This document shows positions 9,382 to 20,247 of a stretch of 64,000 nucleotides of DNA, one piece after another. The notes beneath the pieces were generated by a model. That model was given only the letters and a program-made list of their open reading frames with translations. It searched no databases and had not been told where the DNA came from. The DNA comes from Methanolobus sp. (GTDB lineage: Archaea > Halobacteriota > Methanosarcinia > Methanosarcinales > Methanosarcinaceae). Location: assembly GCF_016278385.1 (NCBI RefSeq), contig NZ_JADQBY010000003.1, positions 641-64,640 on the forward strand, given 5' to 3'. Position 1 is the first letter of the stretch; every line of letters starts with the position of its first letter. The position numbers were made by a program, and so were the translations under genes.

Positions 9382-11342
9382 TACGACAACCCAATGCAAT
9401 ACTGGGCAATGACAGACTTTTGGTAACGATCGGGAAAAAGGGAGAGATCTTCGGGTACTATTATCCCGGAAAGGATTTTGCTCAACATGTTGAAGATTCA
9501 CAGGCCTGCCTGTATGATGGAAAAGAGCTTATATGGTCAAATGCCCGGGAATGGATAGCAGACCAGAAATATATAGACAATACAAATATAGTAAGCACCG
9601 AACTCATCCATCCTTCCGGACTTTCCATGAATATTCTGGATTTTGTTCATCCCACCCTGCCGGTGCTCGTACGCAAATATAAGATAAGTTCAAAGAAAGA
9701 ATTCCATGGGAAGTTGTTCTATTTCTCAAATCTACAGGTTGGTGAAATGAAAAAAAAGAACTCAGCTTTCTGTGACCATGATTCCGGCCTGCTGGCACAA
9801 CACTGGAAGAATTACTATGTGGGTATTAGCTCAAAGCCCGTGTTTGAAGAATGGCAGGTTGGAAAAGCCATGGACACCATCTGGTGGACAAATGCCAAAT
9901 ATGACATGGAAGACGGTGAACTCCAGAAAAACAACGAAGATATAGGTAACCTGAACTGTGCCGTGGGATGGAAACTGGATATTGATGATTCAAAACCTGC
10001 TGAGATTACTGTATTTATTGGTGCAGCATCAAGAAGACCTGCACTTTACAGAAGGATGCGTGAGGTCCAGAAAGAATCTGTTGAAAGTATATACAATGAA
10101 ACACAGGAGAAATGGATCAAATGGCTTTCAAGAAAGAAACTCCTTGAAATGCCTGAATATCCTGGTTTTGAAACTTTCAGGCAGGATCTCTTAAAAGCTT
10201 TCAACCGCTCGTTACTTGCGTTAAGCATATTGAACGATCCGGGAAAAGGTTCATTTATCGCAGCTCCTGAATTTGACCATGAATTTGAGATGAGTGGAGG
10301 ATATGGATATTGCTGGAACAGGGATTCTGCGGAAATTGTAACGTCACTAATGGAAGCGGGCTACCCCGAATATTGTTCACGTTTCTTCAAGTGGTGTAAA
10401 AATACACAGCTTCAGGACGGTTCATGGTTCCAGCGTTACTGGCTTGACGGAAATACTGCACCATCGTGGGGAAATTTCAATTACTCAACCCAAATAGATG
10501 AAACCGGTACCACTATTTTTGCAATGGACAGTTATTATCGTACCCTTGAACAGCCTGTAAAAGCAGAGTTTCTTGACAGCATGTGGGCTACTGTACTGTG
10601 TGCGGCAGAGTATCTTATGAGAAGAACCCCCACTGGCCTGCATGAAACATGTATATGCTTATGGGAAACACATTCCGGGATATTCACCTATACAAATGCT
10701 GCCATTTATGCAGGACTGATAGGAGCTGCAAACATGGCTATGGATTATAATGAAAAAGGACTTGCTGACAGATGGATAGAAAGAGCTGAATTTATCAAGA
10801 GTACGACAATCGAAAAATTCTGGCTTGAAGAAGGTTATTTTGCCAGGGGTATTAAACATGGCAATATTGACACTGTTATTGATGCAAGTATAATTGGTAC
10901 CTTTGTTCCTTTCAATATGCTCTCACCCCACAATGAGAAAGAGAGAAAAATGATCAAATCCATTATCAAAAATATAGAACATTACCTCAGGGTTCCTGTT
11001 AACGATCATTTTGGAATCAAGAGATATGTGGATGATAATTATATCGAAGGCAACCCTTGGATAGTCACAACCCTGTGGCTGTCAAAAGCGTTGCTTGAGC
11101 TGGCAATTACCATTGATGAAAGCAATAGCGAGAAAGATGAGCTAAAAACACTGATCAATGATGCACTCAAGTATATCAGATGGTCATTAAAGGGAACCAC
11201 GGGAGCAGGAATGCTGCCGGAGCAGGTCAATAAATACACAGGCATGCCTGCATGGGCCATACCTCTAAGCTGGAGTTGTGCCCTGATGCTGGACAATGTA
11301 ATGCTATTGGACAAACTCCAGAAGAATCTGGACAACGACTAA
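9378..11342 (+). CDS. GH15 glucoamylase
   Basis: IAAP...GYGYCWNRD, QIDETG, LWE and LPEQV...PLSWS motifs. Confidence 0.9.
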   Translation: MIRQPNAILGNDRLLVTIGKKGEIFGYYYPGKDFAQHVEDSQACLYDGKELIWSNAREWIADQKYIDNTNIVSTELIHPSGLSMNILDFVHPTLPVLVRKYKISSKKEFHGKLFYFSNLQVGEMKKKNSAFCDHDSGLLAQHWKNYYVGISSKPVFEEWQVGKAMDTIWWTNAKYDMEDGELQKNNEDIGNLNCAVGWKLDIDDSKPAEITVFIGAASRRPALYRRMREVQKESVESIYNETQEKWIKWLSRKKLLEMPEYPGFETFRQDLLKAFNRSLLALSILNDPGKGSFIAAPEFDHEFEMSGGYGYCWNRDSAEIVTSLMEAGYPEYCSRFFKWCKNTQLQDGSWFQRYWLDGNTAPSWGNFNYSTQIDETGTTIFAMDSYYRTLEQPVKAEFLDSMWATVLCAAEYLMRRTPTGLHETCICLWETHSGIFTYTNAAIYAGLIGAANMAMDYNEKGLADRWIERAEFIKSTTIEKFWLEEGYFARGIKHGNIDTVIDASIIGTFVPFNMLSPHNEKERKMIKSIIKNIEHYLRVPVNDHFGIKRYVDDNYIEGNPWIVTTLWLSKALLELAITIDESNSEKDELKTLINDALKYIRWSLKGTTGAGMLPEQVNKYTGMPAWAIPLSWSCALMLDNVMLLDKLQKNLDND

Positions 11343-11376
11343 CATTCATACGATCAAATGCTGAGCCAGATACTTC

Positions 11377-13332
11377 ATGAACTATGCTGATTATGTTTCA
11401 GGAACCAGTAAGGAATGGATCATTACCAATGGTCTTGGAGGATATGCATCCTCCACAGTCATCGGAGCGAATACCAGAAAATATCATGGTTTATTGATAG
11501 CTTCATTGAATCCTCCTGTTGAGAGAAAAGTCCTGCTTTCATCCCTTGACGAGGAACTTATTCTTGGAAAGGATATTTATAAGCTTGCGGTACATAAATA
11601 CCCCGATATTGTTTATCCCAATGGTAATGAATTTCTTGAAAAATTCAACACTGAACCTTATCCTGCTTTCATTTACAATGCCGGCGGAATGAACATTAAA
11701 AAACAGGTTCTGATGATACATGGTGAAAACACCACCATAATGAAGTATGAGATTAGTAACCCATCAGGAAAAAAAGGTGTTTTCAGATTATTGCCACTAG
11801 TCAACAACAGGTCTATACACCATGTCAGCAGTGCGAACCGACTTTTCTTCATACAGGAAGCATCTGCTAAAGGAACTGTACTTAGTAGTCTGGGTACTTC
11901 TTTCAGAATAAATTCCAATATACCGTACGAAGCAGACGAGCACTGGTATCACAATTTTGAATATGAAGTAGAACTTTCAAGAGGTTATCCATACAGGGAA
12001 GATAATTTCAATCCGGGATATTTTGACTTGAAAATAGATGGAACTGATAATTCCTGCTTTTTAATCGCCTCCACAGAACCTGAGAAAAAATGGGATATGC
12101 AAAAAGTAGATGAACTGTTTGCAAATGAAGAAAAACGCAAAAAGGAACTTGTTGATGGAAAACTGATAGATGAAAATGAAGATATATTTTTCCAAAAACT
12201 TCTCATTGCCGGTGATTCTTTTATAGTTAACAGAAGGTCAACTTCATCCAAATCCATTATTGCAGGTTATCACTGGTTCGGGGACTGGGGCAGGGATACC
12301 ATGATCTCACTCCCTGGCCTGACACTTGTAACCGGAAGGTTCAGTGATGCAAGGTCCATATTATCCACTTTTGCCGCTAGCTGCAAAGACGGACTCATAC
12401 CTAATAACTTCCCTGAAAATGCATCTCATTCACCTCTTTATAATACAGTAGATGCATCACTCTGGTTTGTTCACGCTGTTGGAAGATATCTTGATTACAC
12501 GGGAGATGTTGAATTTACTGAAAAACTCTGGCCTACTGTTGAAAACATACTGGATAACTACCGTACAGACACTTCCTTTAGTATCAGAATGGATGATGAC
12601 GGCCTGATAGAACATGCAGGACAGCTTACATGGATGGATGCAAAGATTGGGGACTGGGAGATCACTCCAAGAAGTGGGAAAACATGTGAGATCAATGCTC
12701 TCTGGTACAATGCACTGATGCAAGCAAGCAAAATAGGTGAACACCTTGGAATGGATACTTCCATGTTTCTTGAGATTGCAGGATTAACAAAGGAAAGTTA
12801 CAGGGAGAAATTCTGGAATAAAGAAAATGACTGTATTTATGACTGTATTTCCGGCTCTGCAGAAGAACACTGGAAAGATGCTTCAATCAGACCAAACCAG
12901 ATATTTGCAGTTTCTCTTCCTAATACCATGCTATCACATGAAATGGAAAAAAGTATTGTTGATGTGGTCACGAAAGAATTGCTGACACCTTACGGTTTGC
13001 GGACTCTTTCACCCCTTGATAGTAAATATAAAGGGAAATATGAAGGTAACACAGAAACGAGAGATAGTGCCTATCATAACGGAACCGTTTGGCCCTGGCT
13101 GCTTGGCCCGTATATAACAGCTTACAGAAAAGTATACCAGGACATACCTGGCCTTAAAGACAATCTCAAGACTTTCCTTAATGGAATAAAGGAACACATT
13201 GATGAAGCAGGAATCGGTTCTATATCAGAGGTGTTTGATGGTGACAAACCACACAATCCTGGTGGATGTGTCTCACAGGCCTGGAGTGTGGCTGAGATAA
13301 CACGCTCTTATATAGAAGATATCTTATTATAA
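11377..13332 (+). CDS. Glycogen debranching enzyme (amylo-alpha-1,6-glucosidase)
   Basis: EWIITNGLGGY, AGYHWFGDWGRD, LTWMDAK, YHNGTVWPW and QAWSVAE motifs. Confidence 0.93.
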   Translation: MNYADYVSGTSKEWIITNGLGGYASSTVIGANTRKYHGLLIASLNPPVERKVLLSSLDEELILGKDIYKLAVHKYPDIVYPNGNEFLEKFNTEPYPAFIYNAGGMNIKKQVLMIHGENTTIMKYEISNPSGKKGVFRLLPLVNNRSIHHVSSANRLFFIQEASAKGTVLSSLGTSFRINSNIPYEADEHWYHNFEYEVELSRGYPYREDNFNPGYFDLKIDGTDNSCFLIASTEPEKKWDMQKVDELFANEEKRKKELVDGKLIDENEDIFFQKLLIAGDSFIVNRRSTSSKSIIAGYHWFGDWGRDTMISLPGLTLVTGRFSDARSILSTFAASCKDGLIPNNFPENASHSPLYNTVDASLWFVHAVGRYLDYTGDVEFTEKLWPTVENILDNYRTDTSFSIRMDDDGLIEHAGQLTWMDAKIGDWEITPRSGKTCEINALWYNALMQASKIGEHLGMDTSMFLEIAGLTKESYREKFWNKENDCIYDCISGSAEEHWKDASIRPNQIFAVSLPNTMLSHEMEKSIVDVVTKELLTPYGLRTLSPLDSKYKGKYEGNTETRDSAYHNGTVWPWLLGPYITAYRKVYQDIPGLKDNLKTFLNGIKEHIDEAGIGSISEVFDGDKPHNPGGCVSQAWSVAEITRSYIEDILL

Positions 13333-13419
13333 ATTTTTAACTCTGTACGCAAAGTATATTATATTTAAAGCATGTTTTTATTATTGGTTTTGGGGATTTA
13401 CTTACTTGAGTGTGGGAAT

Positions 13420-14586
13420 ATGGAATCAATGAGAATTGCAATGTTCTCATGGGAGAGTCTTCATTCTGCTAAGGTAGGAGGATTAGCTCCCCATGTGACT
13501 GAGTTATCAGAGCAGCTGGTAAAGCTAGGACATGAAGTTCATATATTCACCCGGAGCGGGTGGTATAGAGATTATGATGAAATAAACGGAGTACATTACC
13601 AGAGATGCAGCTTCGACCAATCCGGGGGCATATTGACCCAAATGGATAAAATGTGCGATGCAATGTATTCAAGGTTTGTACAGGTATCAAGAGAACACGG
13701 GGATTTTGATATTGTACACGGACATGACTGGCATCCTGTAAATGTACTTAACAGAATAAAGTACAAATGTGGAAAACCTTATGTAATGACGTATCATAGT
13801 ACTGAATGGGGACGTAATGGGAACATCAACCTGAATTCTCCGACAGCCAATGAAGTTTCCCACCGGGAATGGCTTGGAGGATATGAAAGTTCAGAAGTGA
13901 TAATCACGTCGGATAATTTCAAAAGGGAAGTTCAGAATATCTATGGAATTCCGGATTATAAAATATCTGTAATACCTAACGGGATATCTCCGGGAAAAAT
14001 GGAGAAAGATGTGGATTCAGGATTAATTAAGACAAATTATGGCATCCATCCGTTTGCACCTGTAGTACTATTCACCGGAAGAATGAACTACCAGAAAGGA
14101 CCTGATTTACTTATAAGGGCTATTCCGAAAGTACTTGACGGGAATTGGGGGGCACATTTCGTATTCATAGGTGAAGGGGAAATGAGGCCATTTTGCCAGA
14201 ATCTTGCCAACGATCTAAACATTGGCCATGCATGCCATTTCCTGGGTTATTCGCCTGATGAAGTACTTAAGGACTGGGCAAACGCATGTGATATGACATG
14301 TGTTCCAAGCAGGAATGAGCCTTTTGGAATTGTGGTACTTGAATCATGGGATGCAAACAAGGCAGTGATTGCAACGGATGCAGTAAATATAGTTGATAAT
14401 TTCCAGAATGGGCTGATAAGCTACAGGACGCCTGAATCCATAGCATGGGGACTTAATTATGCACTTGGTGGACTGGATTCTGAAACGCCCCTTATGGGAA
14501 ACAATGGTAAAGAACTGGTAAATACAAAGTTCTGCTGGGAAAACATTGCCAGAAACACGATTGATGTTTATAATAAAAATACATGA
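13420..14586 (+). CDS. GT4 glycosyltransferase (paralog of 2304..3470)
   Basis: MRIAMFSWESLHS...GGLAPHV, HGHDWH, PSRNEPFG; start chosen by alignment to the paralog. Confidence 0.88.
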   Translation: MESMRIAMFSWESLHSAKVGGLAPHVTELSEQLVKLGHEVHIFTRSGWYRDYDEINGVHYQRCSFDQSGGILTQMDKMCDAMYSRFVQVSREHGDFDIVHGHDWHPVNVLNRIKYKCGKPYVMTYHSTEWGRNGNINLNSPTANEVSHREWLGGYESSEVIITSDNFKREVQNIYGIPDYKISVIPNGISPGKMEKDVDSGLIKTNYGIHPFAPVVLFTGRMNYQKGPDLLIRAIPKVLDGNWGAHFVFIGEGEMRPFCQNLANDLNIGHACHFLGYSPDEVLKDWANACDMTCVPSRNEPFGIVVLESWDANKAVIATDAVNIVDNFQNGLISYRTPESIAWGLNYALGGLDSETPLMGNNGKELVNTKFCWENIARNTIDVYNKNT

Positions 14587-14596
14587 AGTGATATAC

Positions 14597-14809
14597 ATGG
14601 ATGAAATGTGTTTGAACATAGGTGAGGCAGCAGGATATGTGTACAAACTGCTTGAAAGTGGAGAATCGAACATGGCAAAGCTGAAAAACCACCTCAAAGA
14701 GAATGGTTTTGACAACCAGTCAACATTTATGGCAATCGGATGGCTTGCAAGGGAAGACAAAATATGCATAGAAAAGAACGGGAATTCCTGGTCCCTAAAA
14801 TTGAAGTGA
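14597..14809 (+). CDS. Small winged-helix protein (DUF2582-like)
   Basis: IGEAAGYVY...AIGWLAREDKI signature. Confidence 0.85.
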   Translation: MDEMCLNIGEAAGYVYKLLESGESNMAKLKNHLKENGFDNQSTFMAIGWLAREDKICIEKNGNSWSLKLK

Positions 14810-14810
14810 C

Positions 14811-14834
14811 CAGGATAAACAATTGTTTATCCTG
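14811..14834. repeat. Perfect 24-bp palindrome CAGGATAAACAATTGTTTATCCTG
   Basis: Seen directly after the wHTH stop codon, upstream of the S-layer promoter; terminator or operator. Confidence 0.7.
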
Positions 14835-14995
14835 AATACACCTGCAAAGTTAGCATTAATCTTTCAGATCAAATCTTGCACTTTAAGAACATCGACACTG
14901 AGATTGTTTTATATAATATTGTAATATATTATAAGAATTGAATTATATGATTATTTTTTTCTCACAAAAAAGAAAACAAATTAAGGGGAGATAAT

Positions 14996-17602
14996 ATGAT
15001 AAATGAACGTAAATATTATTTATCTGTTGTTACAGTGGCCGTATTGGTCATGCTTTCATGCACAGCCATGGCTGCAACAAACAACAGCACAGGAAATCGT
15101 ATATGGGATGCAAGTGAGAATTTGTCCCTCGAATATACATGGACTGCACTGACTTATTCCGGCTTCTATTATGACTTAGATTCAGGAGAAGGATCAGAAA
15201 CACTAACAATAACACTGGACAGCGACAGTGACAGAAGTATAAATGATGGAGACCTCGAATATTCAACAACTCCTATTAATACTGATTTTGAACAGGGTGA
15301 CTGGGGTTCATATCAGGTAATAGGATTTATGGCAGAAAGATATTTTGCAGGTTACACCGACGATACAGAATTTGCTAAGGACGATATAAGCTTGATATCT
15401 GATGGCATACTTACAAAAGTCCTGGTCGATGATGATGAAGAAGTCTCATTTTATTCCGGCTCTTCCCTTGTACTTGAAGAAGGATACGAACTGAACCTGG
15501 AAGAGGTTGACGTAAACGGAAACAGTGTTCTTGTCACCCTTGAAAAGGATGGAAAGAAACTAGATACGGATATTGTTTCATCAGATGATGACTACGTCTA
15601 TGAGATAGAACTCGGAAACAATGATGTACCAATTATAGCAGTTCATTTAAACAATATATTCCAGGGAACTGAAACAAATGCAGTATTTGTAGAGGGTATA
15701 TTCCAGATATCTGAGGATTATGTGGAAATTGTATCTGGAGACAAATTCGGGAAGATGGAAGTTAATGCACTGGGTTCAGACATAATTACAATGGAAAATT
15801 CAGATTCTATCAGCCTGGGAAGAGGAAATACAATAACTATTATGGGTAAATTGAAATTCATAGTTGCTGATGACAGTATATTGAGGTTCGGCCCTGTAGT
15901 AGACATGTCAGATCCAGGTACTTATGAACTCAGAGGTACGGTTGCAGAGAACGATAAACTTGAATGGACACCACTGAACTTTGAAGGATTCTATTACAAC
16001 ATTGATGAAGGTGTGGGAACCGAATCACTTGAAATTAAGGACCTTAGTGGCAGGAGCATCGATGATGGTGACCTTGTTTACAGAAGTGTGCCGCTGGATG
16101 TCAGTTTTGATCATAGTGGCTGGGGAGAGTTCCAGGTTATCGGATTTATGGCAGAAAAGTACTTTGCGGGATATCCTGACAATGAGTTTACAGATCATGT
16201 AAGCCTTCTTTCTGATGGCCAGCTCTCAAAGGTGCTCATCGACGACGACAGTAAGACATCACTATACTCCGGTTCCTCGCTGGTATTGGAAGACGGGTAT
16301 GAGCTTTACATAGTTGAAGTTGACCTTGATGGTAGTAGTGTTATGGTAAACCTCGTCAAGGATGGCGATGACATTGATACAGGAATTGTTTCCTCTAATG
16401 ATGACTATATCTACGAGATGGACATTGGTTCAACAGATGATGTTCCTACTATAGTAGTACATTTTGACGAAATATTCCAGGGAACTGAATCAAATGCTGT
16501 GTTCATCGAAGGTATCTTCCAGATTTCAGAAGATGTTGTAGAGATAGCAGACAATGAGAAATTCGGAGAGATGGAAGTAAAGAGTTTCGCATCAGATGAA
16601 ATTGTCCTTGAAAATGGAGATTCACTATCACTTTCAAGAGGAAAGACAATCGATGTAATGGGAGATATCTCATTTAAAGTTGCAGACTCCGGTGATGTAC
16701 GCTACTATCCGTTTGTAGAAGTATCAACTTTGCCTTCAAAATCACTTTCTATGGACGTACCTTCTGTAATTCAACAAGGCGATGAAGTTAAAATTATGGT
16801 AACATCAAGAGGTGCCGCAGTTAAAGATGCACTTGTTATGTTTGGTAATGAAGAAATAGGAGAAACTGCAACTGATGGTACAATAAGCTACACTCCTAAA
16901 ACAGCAGGCACTTTCACAGTTACTGCTGAAAAGGAAGGGTACGTTTCGGCAAGCGAGAAAGTAGAAGTGGTCTCAGCTGATGATGCAAGCAGAAAGCTTG
17001 TCATTGAAGTGTCACCTGAAAAGGTTGTTCCGGAAGATACTATAACAATCTCTGTAACCAAAGCTATTGGCGGAGAAGCTGTTAAAGATGTGCAGGTATA
17101 CTACGATGGCAAACTCATAGGAAGCACTAGTTCTAATGGTATACTTACATACACAGTGAAAGAAACAGGTCTGCACAAACTGACAACCATGGCAGATGAA
17201 TACCTTGAAGCAGAACTGAATCTTGATGTACTTGCACTGGAAGCAAAGCTTACTTATTCTAACCTGCAGGTCACACCTATTTTGGTAAAGACCGGGGAAG
17301 AAGCTACTGTCACAGTCGATGTAATGAACTCAGGTACCGTTAAAGGTAATGAGGATGTGGATCTGCTCGTCAACGGAACTATTGTAGACACACAGAGCAT
17401 ATCACTTGATGCAGGAGAAGAAACTACTTTGACCTTCACTGTTTCACAGGAAGAGGCAGGTACTTATGAGATACAGATTGGCAGCTCTACTGCAATCCTT
17501 GAAGTTGAAAAGAGTTCTATTCCGGCACCAGGTATTATTGTATCAATGATTGCAGTGATTGCTATTGCAATGCTGATACGCAGGAATGAAAAGAAGAAAT
17601 AA
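14996..17602 (+). CDS. Methanosarcinales S-layer protein (two DUF1608 repeats, Ig/CARDB domains, C-terminal anchor)
   Basis: Signal peptide; duplicated GFYY...VIGFMAE(R/K)YFAGY...IFQGTE; IPAPG + TM + basic tail. Confidence 0.9.
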   Translation: MINERKYYLSVVTVAVLVMLSCTAMAATNNSTGNRIWDASENLSLEYTWTALTYSGFYYDLDSGEGSETLTITLDSDSDRSINDGDLEYSTTPINTDFEQGDWGSYQVIGFMAERYFAGYTDDTEFAKDDISLISDGILTKVLVDDDEEVSFYSGSSLVLEEGYELNLEEVDVNGNSVLVTLEKDGKKLDTDIVSSDDDYVYEIELGNNDVPIIAVHLNNIFQGTETNAVFVEGIFQISEDYVEIVSGDKFGKMEVNALGSDIITMENSDSISLGRGNTITIMGKLKFIVADDSILRFGPVVDMSDPGTYELRGTVAENDKLEWTPLNFEGFYYNIDEGVGTESLEIKDLSGRSIDDGDLVYRSVPLDVSFDHSGWGEFQVIGFMAEKYFAGYPDNEFTDHVSLLSDGQLSKVLIDDDSKTSLYSGSSLVLEDGYELYIVEVDLDGSSVMVNLVKDGDDIDTGIVSSNDDYIYEMDIGSTDDVPTIVVHFDEIFQGTESNAVFIEGIFQISEDVVEIADNEKFGEMEVKSFASDEIVLENGDSLSLSRGKTIDVMGDISFKVADSGDVRYYPFVEVSTLPSKSLSMDVPSVIQQGDEVKIMVTSRGAAVKDALVMFGNEEIGETATDGTISYTPKTAGTFTVTAEKEGYVSASEKVEVVSADDASRKLVIEVSPEKVVPEDTITISVTKAIGGEAVKDVQVYYDGKLIGSTSSNGILTYTVKETGLHKLTTMADEYLEAELNLDVLALEAKLTYSNLQVTPILVKTGEEATVTVDVMNSGTVKGNEDVDLLVNGTIVDTQSISLDAGEETTLTFTVSQEEAGTYEIQIGSSTAILEVEKSSIPAPGIIVSMIAVIAIAMLIRRNEKKK

Positions 17603-17628
17603 GACCGAAAAGACAATTGAGTAACAGA

Positions 17629-17664
17629 TGTGCCTGCCATGTGCAGGCGCAACTTCCTTTTTTC
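17629..17664 (+). terminator. Hairpin + T-tract terminator of the S-layer gene
   Basis: TGTGCCTGC...GCAGGCGCA followed by TTCCTTTTTTC. Confidence 0.6.
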
Positions 17665-17849
17665 GATTACCTCATATATACAGGATCAATATTCTCTTTC
17701 TGAAAGAATGGGTAGCAAATTTACCAAACAGAATATAGATTAACTTTCAGCATCAATTTTAAGTGCTTATCCCTAAGTAGAAGCCATATAAAGTAGGTCC
17801 CTGAAAGAAACCCACATTAATCAACTTTTGAAATTACTGACATTATTAA

Positions 17850-18062
17850 TTGTCATACAAATAAAGAGAATCATTCCATTCTCAAGAATACAGTATTCGT
17901 GGCAGACATGACTCATAATATCGACCTGATGGAAATAACCAGATAAAATACATAAGTTTCTTCCTGTATCCCCTGAAAAAACTCAAGCATTAAGACCTGC
18001 AACAGAAAAAAACAATCGTGTAAGTAGGCTCATCCCCAACAATTAATTCCATTCATATTGAT
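17850..18062 (-). pseudogene. Remnant of an oligopeptide/nickel ABC transporter ATPase C-terminus
   Basis: Frameshifted fragments ELIVGDEPT (Walker B), VLMLEFFQGIQEETYVFYLVIS and HQVDIMSHVCHEYCILENG (H-loop). Confidence 0.55.
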
Positions 18063-18325
18063 GGCACCCTTGTAAACACTATTAATGGACTCAAACACTA
18101 CAATTGATTCTATAACACCACATTTACAGGCATTAATTCCCTAAAATCGCTTTTATCGCTTATCTGTGTCCCATAATATGCTTTTAATGTAAATAAACGG
18201 AAAGATAAATATTATGTCAACCACAATATTTTTATAACTACTTGATAAATCAAAGTAAGTTATTTTTAAAAAAATAATATGGATTCTAAGTGTTTATATC
18301 TGACACACAAAAGAGGACATTAAAA

Positions 18326-18949
18326 ATGGATACAACTTCGTATATATTCAGCATTCTTTACACATTCTCATCTGCATTACTTTACCCGGTAGTAATCACA
18401 CTGATAATGCTGGCTGTTTATTCTCTGATGCTCATAGGAGAATTTGCATCAGAATTTGCAAAGAGACAGCGCGATGTACCCAACCTTGAACTTTGCTGTA
18501 ACAGTACACGGCAATATATTAAAAATAGAGATTTTAGAAAAGCTGCAGGTTCATTGAAATTTTTGAGACAGAACTATATTGTTATGTGTTTTGCCAGGGA
18601 CGCCGCGAAACATATTCAAATGGAGAGTATATCTTCACTGGAATGGCTTGCACAAGATTATGAGATCAAAATGTCAAAAAGACTTGAGCAGACACGGATT
18701 GTTGCAACTATCTCACCAATGGTAGGTCTTATGGGAACCCTTATACCACTGGGTCCTGCACTCATTGGACTCTCTCAGGGAGATATCGAGCAGCTTGCAA
18801 ACAATCTGATGATAGCTTTTGCCACTACGGTAATAGGCCTTTTCGCCGGAAGTATCGGCTATGTGCTGACACAGGTTAGAAAAAGATGGTACTGGCAGGA
18901 CATGACTGACATTGACTATATCCTTGATATCCTGGAGGAAAGGGATTGA
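18326..18949 (+). CDS. MotA/TolQ/ExbB proton channel family protein
   Basis: SPMVGLMGTLIPLGPAL...AFATTVIGL motif. Confidence 0.88.
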   Translation: MDTTSYIFSILYTFSSALLYPVVITLIMLAVYSLMLIGEFASEFAKRQRDVPNLELCCNSTRQYIKNRDFRKAAGSLKFLRQNYIVMCFARDAAKHIQMESISSLEWLAQDYEIKMSKRLEQTRIVATISPMVGLMGTLIPLGPALIGLSQGDIEQLANNLMIAFATTVIGLFAGSIGYVLTQVRKRWYWQDMTDIDYILDILEERD

Positions 18950-19311
18950 ACAGGAGAGGAAGATCGAGCCGAAGAAGGCATATAGGTGATGACGATGAGC
19001 AAAACCCACTTACAGGTGTGGCTAACCTCTTTGACATTGCAATGGTATTCTCTGTAGCACTGCTGGTTGCACTTGTTATGTCATACCAGTTGCCTGAACT
19101 CTTAAGTCCCACTGAAAATATAACGATCGTAAAAAATCCGGGACAGAAGGATATGCAGATAATCATCAAGGAAGAAGGCAAACCAATCGAAATACTGAAC
19201 ATGACTAATGAACTTGGCAGCGGAAGCGGAGAAGCTCTTGGTACCGCTTACAGACTAGCTGATGGCAGTATAATTTATGTGCCGTTTGGGGAAAATGAAA
19301 CTTCAATTTAG
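18946..19311 (+). CDS. DUF2149 protein (ExbD-like partner)
   Basis: NPLTGVANLFDIAMVFSVAL, KNPG and GTAYRLADG..IYVP motifs. Confidence 0.85.
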   Translation: MNRRGRSSRRRHIGDDDEQNPLTGVANLFDIAMVFSVALLVALVMSYQLPELLSPTENITIVKNPGQKDMQIIIKEEGKPIEILNMTNELGSGSGEALGTAYRLADGSIIYVPFGENETSI

Positions 19312-19469
19312 AGAATATTAAATTTGCTTGATACCTAATCTATTTTCTTTTTGATTTTACTGTGTTTATGCCAACGATTATCTGCTCATGCATAAACATC
19401 CATTCGTTTTTTACCAGATGATGCACAAAAATAAAATGAAGTAATATTAATTGGAATGGAGATAAAACT

Positions 19470-19736
19470 ATGAACAGGAAATACATGAATTTCTGCCAGA
19501 GTTGCGGAATGCCTCAGCAGAATAATGGAGATTTCGGGACAAATGCAGATGGTTCAAAGAATTATGATTACTGTGCTTATTGCTACCAGGATGGTACATT
19601 CATCGAACCTGATATCTCCATGCAGGAAATGGTGGACAAATGCACCCACATTATGTCTGAGATGAAACAGATACCTGAAAGTGAGGCAAGGGCAATGAAT
19701 ATGCAATTCATACCCTACCTTAAAAGATGGAAGTAA
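19470..19736 (+). CDS. Zinc-ribbon domain protein
   Basis: FCQSCGMP...YCAYCYQDG...LKRWK. Confidence 0.85.
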   Translation: MNRKYMNFCQSCGMPQQNNGDFGTNADGSKNYDYCAYCYQDGTFIEPDISMQEMVDKCTHIMSEMKQIPESEARAMNMQFIPYLKRWK

Positions 19737-19761
19737 AAAGGGGATTAAACATCCCCTTTTT
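19735..19761. terminator. Bidirectional terminator between convergent genes
   Basis: AAAAAGGGGAT-taaac-ATCCCCTTTTT. Confidence 0.7.
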
Positions 19762-19830
19762 CATAATAGGACTATTGAAGAGATTATTGTATATTCCCTA
19801 GATTGATACTTCCAAATACAATCTACGGTT

Positions 19831-20055
19831 TCATTTCTTTGCGGTACTAAAGCCCATAAGAGAGTATGGCGTGCAGTGGCGCAAAATAGATGAGAAAAGT
19901 CCCACAAAAGCAATAATGGCAATTACCCATTGCCATATGCCCGGAGCTACCAAATCCATTGCAAGGACAATTATTGCTGCTGTCCCAAAAAGTGCTCTGA
20001 AAATAAGATCAAACCCACCTACATTCTCCTTGAAGAATAATTCATTCATATCCAT
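19831..20055 (-). CDS. DUF2892 (YgaP-like) small membrane protein
   Basis: ENVGGFDLIFR, two TM segments, CTPYSLMGFST. Confidence 0.8.
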   Translation of the reverse strand: MDMNELFFKENVGGFDLIFRALFGTAAIIVLAMDLVAPGIWQWVIAIIAFVGLFSSILRHCTPYSLMGFSTAKK

Positions 20056-20247
20056 ATTTTGACCCCCATTATTAAATTATCCAGAAGCGATTAAAATCAA
20101 TGCTTCATAAGTAATTAATATGAAGGAATGAACAGATAAATGAATTTCTTGAGTAAAAGGATTTTGAAACAAAATCAAAATAATGAAAGATAAAATAGTG
20201 GATCTATAATTTCAGGTCTACGTCCAAAATTCAGTTCTCTTTTGGTT

